Notes: generated by a model from the letters alone, not told the origin. A DNA stretch of 64,000 nucleotides from Candidatus Hydrogenedentota bacterium (GCA_963745075.1 CAVUWV010000023.1:32001-96000); one strand, 5' to 3'; numbered from the stretch's first letter, positions 49,585 through 59,748 are shown. Made by a program: numbers and translations.

Positions 49585-49689
49585 GAAGGCAGTGTAGCAA
49601 ATCGGGGCACCGGGCGCGAACGGCAACTGGACTCACGCTATGCTCGTCCACATCCTCGGAGCGCGAATTCCGGGGCATCCGTTCCAACG

Positions 49690-51627
49690 CTACCAGCCTG
49701 GCCGGGTACCGGACATGGCGGGGTCGAGCGTCAGCAAACCATTCTCATTGAGGATACCGAGTTTTTCGTCCAGGGCTGCAGCCAGCGGATCCGACGCCGC
49801 CATGCCGAGCCGTTCACGGACCACCCGGCGCAGCCACCAGAATCCCGAGTTCCAGGAGTACAAATGATGCCCGTGGGGATGGCCGTCGACGGTGCTGATG
49901 GATTCGTGGAAGGCGGGCATGACCGCCAGTTCCTTTTCCAAACGCCAGAGCAGCTTGTCGTCGATCCACTGCGGGTCCATGCCGTGGATGAGGCCGTCGA
50001 GGTAGACGCAGGCGTCGTTCAGAAACCAGGAACCGCCGAAGACATACACGCCGCTGTGATCGGGTAACAGGTCGCCGTTCGCTTCGGAGATGACGCGCAT
50101 GCCGTAGGGCGACTGAACGCGCATGGTCGTCTCGATATGGGTCTTCACAATGTCATCCGGCAACAGCTTTTCGCCGAACACGGCGAAGGTGAGCACCTCA
50201 CCGTACAGCGAATCTTGCCCGATGTGATTCTGTTGCTTGAGGCTCGTCGCCATGTACCCGCCGTCGGCGTTGAACATCCGGCGGTATCCCGCTTTCGCTT
50301 TTTCGATATCGTCGTCGGAGACGGGGAATCCCAGCCCCCGCGCCGCGATGAGCGCACCGCAATGAAAACCCTGATCCGACGACGGCGCGTCGTCATCGTC
50401 GTAGGGCAACAAATCGTGGTAAGTCTTCATGTAGGCGACGTCCGGCTTCAGCCGCGGCGGAATATATAGCCCGTCCACTTCATGGGTGCGAATGAACCGG
50501 TACGCGCGATCCACCGTGCGCATGTCGACATTGCCGCCCGCCCGCTTCACCAGCAACGACCAGATGAGGTAATACTGCGCGTTGTCCTCGTAACTGATCC
50601 GATCGTAAAACACCGCTGCATGGGCCGCCGCGTCGTAGATGGGATTGTCCAGACCGCGGCTCATGTAGAAGCCGTCCGTCACCCACTGCTTCCACCCGTA
50701 CCCGACGCCGGATATGAAGATGTAATCGCTCTCCGGGCGCATTAGGTTGCGTCGCAGCAGGATATACGACGTGTTCCGCAGAATGGCCTCCAGACCCGAA
50801 CCGTGAAACCGTTTCGCGTTCGCAAGCGCGACGTGCGCGGCCAGTTGCACGTCGTACATGGATTGGGCCGGCGCAGCGAAAATCCACGTCGTCCAGATCT
50901 GCGTTTGTCCGGCTTCGATATGCTGCCATCCGTCAAATGCGGCGCGATACACCGTGGTCGCGTCCACGTCATGCGGGATCATAATCGTGCGCCGCGCGGA
51001 ACCATCGCCATTCTTCAAAGACAGCCTGCGGTTCTCCCCGTCGAAGGCCATAAACGATCGGTTTTCCCAACAGCCCGGCGTGTCGCCGATAATGCCGTAT
51101 AACGTATCGCCCGAAAGACACCCCAGGAACGGAAAGGTCTGGAGCGAACCGCCGCCGAATTCCGGACCCGAACACCCGGGACTGTACGTGGCAGAAACGG
51201 CCTCCTTTCCGGTGAACGAGTAGAAATCGCCATCCGCACTCACGTGCCAGCCGAAGTCCAGGTAGTAGCGCATGTCCGCATGCGCGGTAACCGTCACATT
51301 CCGCTCGATGAGATTTGACGCAATCGTCCGGTAGGTCGCTTCGATCGTTAAGCCTGTAGTATGCCCATCGGTGAATGCCTCACCGTCGTTGGTTTCGTGA
51401 TGCGCCGCGAACGCGATCGGCGCGGTCATCGGTCCCGCTTTGGTCGCCACCGTGATCCGGAGTGCAGTGCTTTCTTTTCCCCCGTCAAATACCTCGCGGG
51501 CGCCGTCGTGAATCGTGGCGGTCCAGCCGTCGGCCGTATCAACCGGCGCGACACGCAGTTCCGCGCCCGCAACGAATGCCACTAGCGGCAGCACCACTCC
51601 CAGGACACCGGTTCGCAGCTTGACCAT
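49690..51627 (-). CDS. Secreted hypothetical protein, possibly (alpha/alpha)6 glycoside hydrolase-like
   Basis: Signal peptide; Y...W..D.F, Y..GGSW.L.D, FHE, YSWN. Family unclear. Confidence 0.65.
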   Translation of the reverse strand: MVKLRTGVLGVVLPLVAFVAGAELRVAPVDTADGWTATIHDGAREVFDGGKESTALRITVATKAGPMTAPIAFAAHHETNDGEAFTDGHTTGLTIEATYRTIASNLIERNVTVTAHADMRYYLDFGWHVSADGDFYSFTGKEAVSATYSPGCSGPEFGGGSLQTFPFLGCLSGDTLYGIIGDTPGCWENRSFMAFDGENRRLSLKNGDGSARRTIMIPHDVDATTVYRAAFDGWQHIEAGQTQIWTTWIFAAPAQSMYDVQLAAHVALANAKRFHGSGLEAILRNTSYILLRRNLMRPESDYIFISGVGYGWKQWVTDGFYMSRGLDNPIYDAAAHAAVFYDRISYEDNAQYYLIWSLLVKRAGGNVDMRTVDRAYRFIRTHEVDGLYIPPRLKPDVAYMKTYHDLLPYDDDDAPSSDQGFHCGALIAARGLGFPVSDDDIEKAKAGYRRMFNADGGYMATSLKQQNHIGQDSLYGEVLTFAVFGEKLLPDDIVKTHIETTMRVQSPYGMRVISEANGDLLPDHSGVYVFGGSWFLNDACVYLDGLIHGMDPQWIDDKLLWRLEKELAVMPAFHESISTVDGHPHGHHLYSWNSGFWWLRRVVRERLGMAASDPLAAALDEKLGILNENGLLTLDPAMSGTRPGW

Positions 51628-51709
51628 ATTGGAATACCCTCTCCATTGAACAGTGGGACCAGTAGGGCGCGATGCCACTTTCGACAACGCACACCCTCGA
51701 GTACGGAAC

Positions 51710-51745
51710 GTCGCTGCTGTCCCTGTTGTCTCTGCGGTCCCTTCG
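51710..51745. repeat. Degenerate 9-mer tandem repeat
   Basis: GTCGCTGCT GTCCCTGTT GTCTCTGCG GTCCCTTCG. Confidence 0.6.
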
Positions 51746-51867
51746 CCTTCGTCGTCCAGTTTGGCCCTTGATTGCCCCCAGGCAATCCACTACCCTCGCA
51801 CCCAGTGACGTCCATTATAGCCGCGCGATGCGCGTCGTGCGCTATCCGCCGTGAAAGGGTCTCCGGA

Positions 51868-53193
51868 ATGGACATTTCTCGCCACCGCATTTCCCGCCGG
51901 TCCGCATTAAAGACGCTGGCCGCCGCCACCGGCCCGATGATTCTCCCCGCTGGCGTGTTTGGAGCCGCCGCGCCACCGAACCGGATTACAGTCGGCATGA
52001 TCGGCGTGGGCCGGCAGGCGCGTCATGCGAACGTGCCGCCCTTTCTCCGGTCGCCGGATACGGTGGTCGTGGCGGTCTGCGACGTCGACCGGTGGCGGCT
52101 GGATAACGCCAAGCAAAGCGTGGACGAGCACTACGGAAACACCGACTGCGCCGCGTACCGGGACTTTCGCGAGGTGATCGCCCGCGACGACATCGACGCG
52201 GTCATGGTCAGCACGGCGGATCATTGGCACGTGCCCATCTCGCTGGCCGCGGTTCGCGCCGGAAAACATGTCTCCTGCGAAAAACCCTTGACCCTCTCCA
52301 TCGCGGAAGGCCGCATCCTCGCCGATGCCGTAAAGCAGGCGGGCGTAACGTTTCGCACCGACAGCGAATGCCGTTCCCATCCCGACATGCACCGGGCCGC
52401 CGAACTGGTCCGCAACGGCTGTATCGGCGCGCTGAAACGCATCGAAGTCACCGTGCCCACGGGAGACGAACCCGGCGGCAACGCCGAACCCATGCCGGTG
52501 CCGGCGGAACTGGATTACGAACTCTGGGTGGGCCCCGCGCCGCTGCATCCCTACACGCTCGATCGCGTGCATCCCGTGCAAGACTACACGCGCCCCGGCT
52601 GGATGCGGTGCCGCGACACCTGCGAAGGCATGATCACGAATTGGGGCGCTCATCTCCTGGACGTCGCCCAACTCGCCCACAACAGCGAACACACCGGTCC
52701 CGTCGAGGTCGAAGCCACGGGCACCTATCCCGAGCCGGGTTCGGGACTCTGGAACGTACTCCTGAATTTCGAGGCGCACCTGCGCTATGCCGACGGCGTT
52801 CCCCTCGACTATCGCACGGCCGACGCGCCCTACGTCCGGTTTGAAGGCGAAGACGGCTGGATTCAGAGCACGTGGTTTCCCGGAGGCGATCTGAAAGCGG
52901 GACTGACGGCAAGTTCGGACGACCTGCTGCGCATCGAACTCGGCGACGACGCCGTGCGCATTCCACGCCGCGAAGACAAGGAAGATTTCATCTACGGCAT
53001 CAAGACCGGCGAGCCGACCATGGCCGACGCGGAAATCGGCCATCGCACCTGTTCCATCGGACAGATCGCCCACATCGCCATCCAGATCGGCCATAAACTC
53101 GAATGGGATCCCAAGAACGAACGCTTCTCCCACGACGACGAAGCCAACGCAAGACTGATCCGCCCCATCCGCGGCGACTGGATGAAGGTGTAA
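51868..53193 (+). CDS. Tat-exported Gfo/Idh/MocA family oxidoreductase
   Basis: SRRSALK, G.IG.G, AVCDVD, DHWH, CEKP, W.GPAP, NWGAH.LD. Confidence 0.92.
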   Translation: MDISRHRISRRSALKTLAAATGPMILPAGVFGAAAPPNRITVGMIGVGRQARHANVPPFLRSPDTVVVAVCDVDRWRLDNAKQSVDEHYGNTDCAAYRDFREVIARDDIDAVMVSTADHWHVPISLAAVRAGKHVSCEKPLTLSIAEGRILADAVKQAGVTFRTDSECRSHPDMHRAAELVRNGCIGALKRIEVTVPTGDEPGGNAEPMPVPAELDYELWVGPAPLHPYTLDRVHPVQDYTRPGWMRCRDTCEGMITNWGAHLLDVAQLAHNSEHTGPVEVEATGTYPEPGSGLWNVLLNFEAHLRYADGVPLDYRTADAPYVRFEGEDGWIQSTWFPGGDLKAGLTASSDDLLRIELGDDAVRIPRREDKEDFIYGIKTGEPTMADAEIGHRTCSIGQIAHIAIQIGHKLEWDPKNERFSHDDEANARLIRPIRGDWMKV

Positions 53194-53240
53194 TTGGAGC
53201 CATTGCCTCACTGTTGATGAACACTTGCCGACAGGTGGTG

Positions 53241-53480
53241 TCACTGCTCGCCGCCATCGGAATTCTCGCCGTCACCGGCTTCGGTCGCCGCCCGGGAACG
53301 CGCAATTTTGCGTTCGACCAGGTATTCGAAGAATCTCAGACTTCCATACACCGCGCCACAGATAAGCGCGAACAGAATCGCGATTTCAAACAGGATTGTG
53401 TCGCGAATCACCAGCAGCACTATGACGACAATCACGAGTAATCGGATCTGCTTGAGGAGCTTCTCTGTGTTGTCGTGCAT
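53241..53480 (-). CDS. Small membrane hypothetical protein
   Basis: Two hydrophobic segments; GAGGGGG RBS. Confidence 0.6.
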   Translation of the reverse strand: MHDNTEKLLKQIRLLVIVVIVLLVIRDTILFEIAILFALICGAVYGSLRFFEYLVERKIARSRAATEAGDGENSDGGEQ

Positions 53481-53490
53481 AACAACCCCC

Positions 53491-53817
53491 TCACACGATA
53501 TTCCCCGAATACCGACCGTCCGGCAGGCCGTCTTCCGAGTCGACCGCGTTGACGATCGCGACGAGTTCCTCCTGCGCGATAGTCCCTTTCGAGACCAGCA
53601 GCTGGATAACCGCCGTGAGGTACAACCGCAGCTCGTCGTTTTCCCGTTCCAACGCGCGGACCTCGCGCTCCACCGGCCCGAGGTCTACGAGACGATCTCC
53701 GCTCGGCGTTCGCCGTTGAGCCAGTTCGTGCCGAAGTTGGTCGATCTCCACTTTCTGATCGGAGAGATCGAGTTGCTGACCGAGGTTTCCCAACAATAAA
53801 AATCGACCCCAACCCAT
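53491..53817 (-). CDS. Small coiled-coil hypothetical protein
   Basis: GAGGA RBS; L..EN..L.L....LL..KG...D..DG..DG pattern. Confidence 0.7.
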   Translation of the reverse strand: MGWGRFLLLGNLGQQLDLSDQKVEIDQLRHELAQRRTPSGDRLVDLGPVEREVRALERENDELRLYLTAVIQLLVSKGTIAQEELVAIVNAVDSEDGLPDGRYSGNIV

Positions 53818-53847
53818 GAGTCCTCCTCTCTGGTCATTACTGCGTGG

Positions 53848-54795
53848 CTACGACGTTTGCGCGGCTTCCCGGGCCTCGCGAATCTCCGTTAAGCGATCGC
53901 CGAGGCGGGCAATATCGGCGTCAGTCATAGTGCTTTTGACCTGTTCCAGCATGGATTTGAAGTACGGAATCTCCGCGGTAGCTTCTTGCGGGAAACCGAC
54001 ATTCCCCGTGCCCGGCGCGTCGGAGGTCACGAGCACCTTCCCGTCGCCGTCGAGAAACGCGAACCACGGGATGCCCCCGCTGCCTTCACTGCGAAGCCCG
54101 GCGATGACCTCTTTTGCGCCGGGCATCCGATCCTGATCGATCTTGACGACCACGAAATCTTTCTCGAGAATCGCGTCAATGTCGGGTTCGGTGACGTAAG
54201 CGTCCATTCGGTGGCACCAGCCGCACCATGGCGCGCCCACGCGAACGAATACCTTTTTGTTCACCGCTTTCGCCCGGGTGATGGCGCCGTTCAACACGTC
54301 CCCCGCGTTGGCCGGTTCGGGCGCCCACTTCTCCAAAAACGCGGCGACCTTTTCGGGATCGTGTTTGGGACCCTCTTCAAGGGCGCCGGTTTCCTGGTCG
54401 GTCAGCTTGTTCCCGGCGGGATCCAACACCGTCAGGTACGGAACGCCCTGCGGTTGGATTTCCCATTTTTCGAGGACGGCTTGGTCCGCCTTACTCTCAA
54501 CCATCACCAGGACGTAGTTTTCATGAAGCAGCGGACGCAACGTGTCGTTTTCGGACAAGACTTCGTGGAGCAGATGACACCACCCGCACCAGTTCCCGCC
54601 GGTCATGAGGAGCACGTTTTTGTGATCGCGCTGCGCCTCGGCCAGGGCCTGTTCCACCCGGTCCATGCCCTTGCCGTCTTCCGGGTAGATAGGCTTGCGA
54701 CCCGCCGCACTGGCGGCATACACTACGCTGATCCCTCCGAACAACGCGACGACCAGTATGGTCGTCCAACTGCGGGCTCGCGGTAACGTATACAC
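53848..54795 (-). CDS. Exported two-domain thioredoxin-family protein
   Basis: Two WCGWCH motifs; GVP and GIP cis-Pro loops; GTG start with GGGAGG RBS. Confidence 0.88.
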   Translation of the reverse strand: MYTLPRARSWTTILVVALFGGISVVYAASAAGRKPIYPEDGKGMDRVEQALAEAQRDHKNVLLMTGGNWCGWCHLLHEVLSENDTLRPLLHENYVLVMVESKADQAVLEKWEIQPQGVPYLTVLDPAGNKLTDQETGALEEGPKHDPEKVAAFLEKWAPEPANAGDVLNGAITRAKAVNKKVFVRVGAPWCGWCHRMDAYVTEPDIDAILEKDFVVVKIDQDRMPGAKEVIAGLRSEGSGGIPWFAFLDGDGKVLVTSDAPGTGNVGFPQEATAEIPYFKSMLEQVKSTMTDADIARLGDRLTEIREAREAAQTS

Positions 54796-54886
54796 GGCAA
54801 ATCCCTCCCGTTGGTTCCGAAGCTTCGGATCGATTTGGGGCACCTCGGTGCAGTCTATACTACTGCGGTATTTGCAACAACAAGAT

Positions 54887-54911
54887 GGATTCCCGCGTTC
54901 GCGGGAATGAC
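54887..54911. repeat. REP-like palindrome of the GTCATTCCCGC...GCGGGAATCC family
   Basis: Reverse complement reads GTCATTCCCGCGAACGCGGGAATCC. Confidence 0.75.
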
Positions 54912-55084
54912 GGTTTGGGCGGTGCGGGTATTGAGACCGGAGTAATACTTGTGTAAACGGTGCGGACCAATCGCTTGGCCCGAAGCGGTTTATTTCGCAG
55001 TGTATTGGCGCGTATACTACCGTTCTTTCGAGGTGTGGAGTCATAGGCGCACGTATTACGCAATTCATTTTTTTGGAGGCCGTC

Positions 55085-55978
55085 ATGCAATTCAAATTCG
55101 AAGGTGTCGTTCCCGCGTTGCTTACGCCGTTCACCCAGGGCGGAAAATCCGTCGACTACGACCGGGCCGCCGGGTTCGCCGAGTTTCTCGCCAAGCGGGG
55201 TATTCACGGATTGTTCGTCTGCGGAACGACGGGGGAAGGCCCCCTCATGACCCTCGACGAGCGGAAGCGATTATTGGAGACCGTCGTGAAGGCCGTGGGC
55301 AGGAAGGTCAAGGTTATCGCTCACACCGGTTGTTTCGACACCTTATCCACCGTCGAACTGACGCGGCACGCCCAAGAGGCGGGCGCCCATGCGGCAGGCG
55401 TCTTCGCGCCCGGTTTCTTCGGCTACGACGACGAAGCGCTGAAACGCCATTTCAAAGCCGTGGCCAATTCCGCGAAGAAGCTTCCGATCCTGCTGTACAA
55501 CATCCCCGGCTGCGCCAAGAACGCCTTGTCCGCCAACCTCATTGTGGATCTCGCGAACAGCGTGGACAACATCGTCGGCATGAAAGACAGCAGCGGCAGC
55601 ATCCAGCATTTCAATAACGTGCTCATCCATGCACCCAACGGATTTGTCGCCATCAACGGCGTGGACGAGTATTCCATGCAGGCCCTCGTTGCGGGCGGCA
55701 GCGGCATCGTCGCGAGCACGGCAAATGTCCTTCCCGAGTTGTTCCTCTCCATTTTCAATAACGTAAAGACGGGCAATCTGAAGAAGGCGTGGGCGAGCCA
55801 GGCGAAGCTGTCGCAGGCCTGCGGCACGTTCCGTTACGGCGCCATGGTGTCGCGTTACAAGGAAGGGGTGCGGTTGCGCGGGTTCGATCCCGGGTTCGTC
55901 CGTCCGCCGCAGCGCGAATTGACGAACGCCGAACGCCGCACCCTCGCCAAGGAAATGCAGGAAACGGGCCTAATCTGA
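55085..55978 (+). CDS. Dihydrodipicolinate synthase / N-acetylneuraminate lyase family aldolase
   Basis: TPF, GTTGE, LYNIP, GMKDSS. Confidence 0.9.
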   Translation: MQFKFEGVVPALLTPFTQGGKSVDYDRAAGFAEFLAKRGIHGLFVCGTTGEGPLMTLDERKRLLETVVKAVGRKVKVIAHTGCFDTLSTVELTRHAQEAGAHAAGVFAPGFFGYDDEALKRHFKAVANSAKKLPILLYNIPGCAKNALSANLIVDLANSVDNIVGMKDSSGSIQHFNNVLIHAPNGFVAINGVDEYSMQALVAGGSGIVASTANVLPELFLSIFNNVKTGNLKKAWASQAKLSQACGTFRYGAMVSRYKEGVRLRGFDPGFVRPPQRELTNAERRTLAKEMQETGLI

Positions 55979-56463
55979 CGTGAGTAGGGGGGACTTCGGT
56001 TCGGATGGCGCCGGACCACCGAAGGGCAACAATCCCCTCGTCACGCCGGCGTGGCTGCCGCCTTCAATGAGTTCATCTCCGGAAAGTGAGGAGCGCTAAA
56101 CAGGCGGGTCTTCCAATCCGCCTTGCCGACGACGCGACCCAAGACGACCGCCTGCGTCTCATCGGGTACGAGTCGTCATGAATCGGCCATTTGCCCCGAG
56201 ATGATGAAAATGGGCTGTCCGTCTCTCGCCCGGCACAAAGTAGAACGCGCCTCAGTAAGCGGAAAGGATTCCCGACGCGGGACTTCCGATCGTCTGAGTC
56301 CGCCAGCATACCGATGGGTGGTGGCTACGCACGGAGAAGGGACTGGACGGGAATCATTCCCATCCTACAAGAGCGTCCGGATACTGAACGGCGATTTTCG
56401 AAGCGGTACGAGATCGAGTACGATTGGATTGCACGTTGAACCAATGCACCCGGAGCCGCGTTT

Positions 56464-57927
56464 ATGAAGAAACTCCTTGGACTCGTCCTCGTTGCCGTCC
56501 TCATCGTCCTTGGAGTCGTGATCTACCGCGGTGCGACCTTTCAATCCGTCCAGGTAACGCCCCCAACGATGGGACCCATCAGCGTTGAAGTTTCTCCGGC
56601 GGCCGCACACCTCGCCGGCGCATTGCGCATCCAAACCATCTCCTACGATGAAGACACGCTGCCCGACCATGACGCCTTTAACGCCTTTCATCAATACCTG
56701 GAAACGACCTACCCCAACGTTTACGCCGCGTTGCAGCACGAAACCGTCAACGAGTACAGCCTGCTCTACACGTGGCGCGGCAGCGACACGTCGCTGAATC
56801 CGCTGCTCGTCATAGGCCATTTCGACGTGGTGCCCGTGCCGCCGGACACGCTCTCGGAATGGAAGCAGCCGCCCTTCGCGGGGGACATTGTCAACGACAT
56901 CATCTGGGGACGCGGCGCCCTCGATGACAAGGTCGATGTGATCGGCGCGTTGGAAGCCGTGAACTGGTTGCTCACGGAAGGATTTCAACCGAAACGCACG
57001 CTCATCCTCGCCTTCGGCCACGACGAAGAGATCGGCGGCGAAAACGGCGCCGCAAAGATCGCCGCGCTGTTGAAAGAACGCGGCGTCGAACCGGAGTGTG
57101 TGGTCGACGAAGGCGGTTCCATCATCTCGGGCACCATGCCGGGCATGGAGTCCCCCGTCGCGCTCGTCGGTATCGGCGAAAAAGGTTATCTGACGCTTAC
57201 GCTGAAAGTGGAACAGCCGGGCGGTCACTCATCCATGCCCCCGAAACACAGCGCCATCGGCATTCTCGCTCGGGCGATCGAACGGCTTGAGGACAATCCC
57301 TTTCCCGCAACGATCGCCGCGCCGACCCGCGCCATGTTCGCGGCGTTGGGTCCCGAAATGCCTTTCCCGCAGCGTACGGTCTTCGCCAACCTCTGGCTGT
57401 TCGACCCGCTCGTCAAACGCCTGCTTGCCGGGTCGCCGGAGACCAACGCCGTCCTCCGTACGACCACCGCCGTCACCATGATGAACGGAGGCGTGAAGGA
57501 CAACGTTCTGCCCACGGAAGCCACTGCCACCGTCAACTTCCGCATCATGCCCGGCGAAACGACGGACTCCGTCACCGCCCGCGTGCGCAAGGTTATCAAC
57601 GACGATCGCGTGCAGATCGAAAAGACCGATGCCATGTCGCACAATCCGAGCATCGTGTCGGACACCGGCGCGCCCCCGTACAAACTCCTCGAAAGGACGG
57701 TCCGGCAAGTCTTCCCGGATGCCGTCGTCGGCCCTTACCTCGTCCTTGGCGGTACCGACGCCCGCCACTACGAGAACGTCACCGCCAATATCTACCGGTT
57801 CAGCCCGATTCGCCTCGGCAAGGGTGATACCGCTATGTTGCACGGCAAGAACGAACGCATCCCGGTCAAGAACTTCGGCGAAGTCTGCCGTTTCTACGTC
57901 CAACTGATTCGCAATTTCAATTTGTAA
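56464..57927 (+). CDS. M20 family peptidase (carboxypeptidase S / PM20D1-like)
   Basis: HFDVVP, GRGALDDK, GHDEE, DEGG, GGHSS.PP, GGTD, HG.NER. Confidence 0.93.
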   Translation: MKKLLGLVLVAVLIVLGVVIYRGATFQSVQVTPPTMGPISVEVSPAAAHLAGALRIQTISYDEDTLPDHDAFNAFHQYLETTYPNVYAALQHETVNEYSLLYTWRGSDTSLNPLLVIGHFDVVPVPPDTLSEWKQPPFAGDIVNDIIWGRGALDDKVDVIGALEAVNWLLTEGFQPKRTLILAFGHDEEIGGENGAAKIAALLKERGVEPECVVDEGGSIISGTMPGMESPVALVGIGEKGYLTLTLKVEQPGGHSSMPPKHSAIGILARAIERLEDNPFPATIAAPTRAMFAALGPEMPFPQRTVFANLWLFDPLVKRLLAGSPETNAVLRTTTAVTMMNGGVKDNVLPTEATATVNFRIMPGETTDSVTARVRKVINDDRVQIEKTDAMSHNPSIVSDTGAPPYKLLERTVRQVFPDAVVGPYLVLGGTDARHYENVTANIYRFSPIRLGKGDTAMLHGKNERIPVKNFGEVCRFYVQLIRNFNL

Positions 57928-57955
57928 ACCGGCCCTGCGCCCACAAGGAGACCAC

Positions 57956-58867
57956 ATGCCCTGGACTGGAGATCAGACCGCGCTGGATCAACCGATCCCC
58001 GAGAACTTGAACGGCGAGTTGCGCGACAGCGCGGCGCTGCGCAACGACGGCGACGCACTGCACGAACGGCTCGTGGAAGACGGCTACGTATTCTTACGCG
58101 GCGCGTTGAATCGCGACGACGTGCTGGCCGCGCGCGAGGAAGTCTTTCAACGGCTGGTCGACGTCGGCGAGGTCCGCGAACCCGCCATCGAAGGCATCGG
58201 CACCGGCACGAGCCGCCGCGAAGAGTTGGAACCCGACCTTGGTGCATTCTGGAAAAGCGTCTGCGAAGGACCGAAGCTTCGGAAAGTCACCCACGCCGGA
58301 CCTATGCTCGATCTGATGGCCACCATCCTCGGCGGACCTGTCCGGCCCTTCGACTATCTCTGGCTGCGACCCATGCCGCCGGGCCGCGCGTCCGCCTTCC
58401 ACTACGATCACGTCTACATGAATCGCGGCACCGATACGTTGTATACCGTGTGGACGCCGCTTGGCGATGCGCCGATTCAAGACGGCCCCATCCTGCTTAT
58501 GGAAGGTTCCCATCGCTGGGACGATCTCATCGACGAGTTCCGCGGGTTTGACGTGGACAAAGACAAGAGCAAGCCGGGACACGTCACGATGGAACCGGTG
58601 ACCCTCGCGCGGGAACGCGGCTGCCGCTTGCTTTCGACCGATTTCCGCGGGGGCGACGCGCTCATCATGACCATGTTCATGTTGCACGGTTCGCTCGACA
58701 ACCGATCCACCGAGGGCCGCCTGCGCCTCTCCTGCGACACACGTTATCAACTCGCCAGCGATCCCATCGACGAACGATGGATCGGTGACAATCCCATTGC
58801 ACACGGCCAGGGATACGCCGGCATCAGCGGCGCACGCCCCCTCACCGCCGCGCCCATCCGCCGCTGA
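57956..58867 (+). CDS. PhyH family Fe(II)/2OG dioxygenase
   Basis: HYD.VYM.RG, WTPLGD, EGSH, LHGSLDN, R.S.D.RYQ. Confidence 0.88.
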   Translation: MPWTGDQTALDQPIPENLNGELRDSAALRNDGDALHERLVEDGYVFLRGALNRDDVLAAREEVFQRLVDVGEVREPAIEGIGTGTSRREELEPDLGAFWKSVCEGPKLRKVTHAGPMLDLMATILGGPVRPFDYLWLRPMPPGRASAFHYDHVYMNRGTDTLYTVWTPLGDAPIQDGPILLMEGSHRWDDLIDEFRGFDVDKDKSKPGHVTMEPVTLARERGCRLLSTDFRGGDALIMTMFMLHGSLDNRSTEGRLRLSCDTRYQLASDPIDERWIGDNPIAHGQGYAGISGARPLTAAPIRR

Positions 58868-58876
58868 CTCTGCCAA

Positions 58877-59044
58877 GGAGAGCGGGTTTTCCGACCCGCC
58901 GTGCCAACGGCTCAACGGAAGGGATCAGCCAACCGGTTCACGCTGAACGTTTGTGGCGTGGCCAGAGCAGCCGCGTGTCGAAGATAACGGTACCCCCGCG
59001 AATCCCACGTCCTGGTAATCGGCGGACAGGAATGTCCGCCCACC
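58877..59044. repeat. Pair of REP-like palindromes between convergent genes
   Basis: GGAGAGCGGGTTTTCCGACCCGCC (58877-58900) and GGCGGACAGGAATGTCCGCCCACC (59021-59044). Confidence 0.7.
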
Positions 59045-59208
59045 TTCCAATTGCGATTTGGGAGAATGCGCGGAACCTCCCGTAGAATCGATCGATCTCG
59101 TATTCCCACAACATGAAGATTCCCACTTCGAAGCAGGGGGTAAAATACAAAGGGCCGGGGACATTCGGGATTTGCTTCCGGAAGTTCCACGACTGGCGCC
59201 GGCCGACG

Positions 59209-59625
59209 CTAACCGCGGGCTTCCTTTTCCTGGGTTTTTATTTTGTTCCACGCGGCGATGGCCTCTTCGGGGGTCCTCGCCTTGGTATCACCGAAGACGT
59301 GATCGTGGCGGCGAATCATCTTTTCGTGGATGCGTTTGAGCGCGGACTCCAGCGTAAAGCGTCCTTCCGCCTCGGCCGCCGCAGCCGTTGCGAGCATGAC
59401 GAACAGCGTGTCGCCGAATTCTTCCTCCATGTGGTCGTGGTCGTCGCTTTCCAACGCCTCGATCATCTCGCCCGCTTCCTCCCGGGCGTAGCGGCCGAAG
59501 TCCAGCGCGGTTTTTTCCTGGTCCCACGGACAGCCGTCGGGGCCGCGCAGATACCGCGCCAGGGCGATTAAGGCTTCAAACCAGTCCCGTTCGTTTTCCG
59601 GCGTCTTGGTCCAATGGGGATACAT
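59209..59625 (-). CDS. mazG: Single-domain MazG nucleotide pyrophosphohydrolase
   Basis: LR.PDGCPWD, EE..E..EA, EE.GD, EKMIRRH.HVF, W.KIK..EK. Confidence 0.88.
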   Translation of the reverse strand: MYPHWTKTPENERDWFEALIALARYLRGPDGCPWDQEKTALDFGRYAREEAGEMIEALESDDHDHMEEEFGDTLFVMLATAAAAEAEGRFTLESALKRIHEKMIRRHDHVFGDTKARTPEEAIAAWNKIKTQEKEARG

Positions 59626-59721
59626 TCAAACCGCTCCAATCGTACTCGATCTCGCACTCGTATTCGATCCCCCGCGCAACTGCCCCCACCCGTAATCGAG
59701 ATACACGACATTAGTCTACGC

Positions 59722-59748
59722 TAAAGTTTTCGTTCGGCCCGCCGATAA
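59722..59748 (+). promoter_or_regulatory. Sigma28 (FliA) promoter
   Basis: TAAAGTTT-N11-GCCGATAA, an exact match to the enterobacterial extended consensus. Confidence 0.85.

Noticed and set aside
55985..56400. Intergenic stretch with broken coding-like fragments
   Set aside because: No frame could be assigned to a family; needs blastx.
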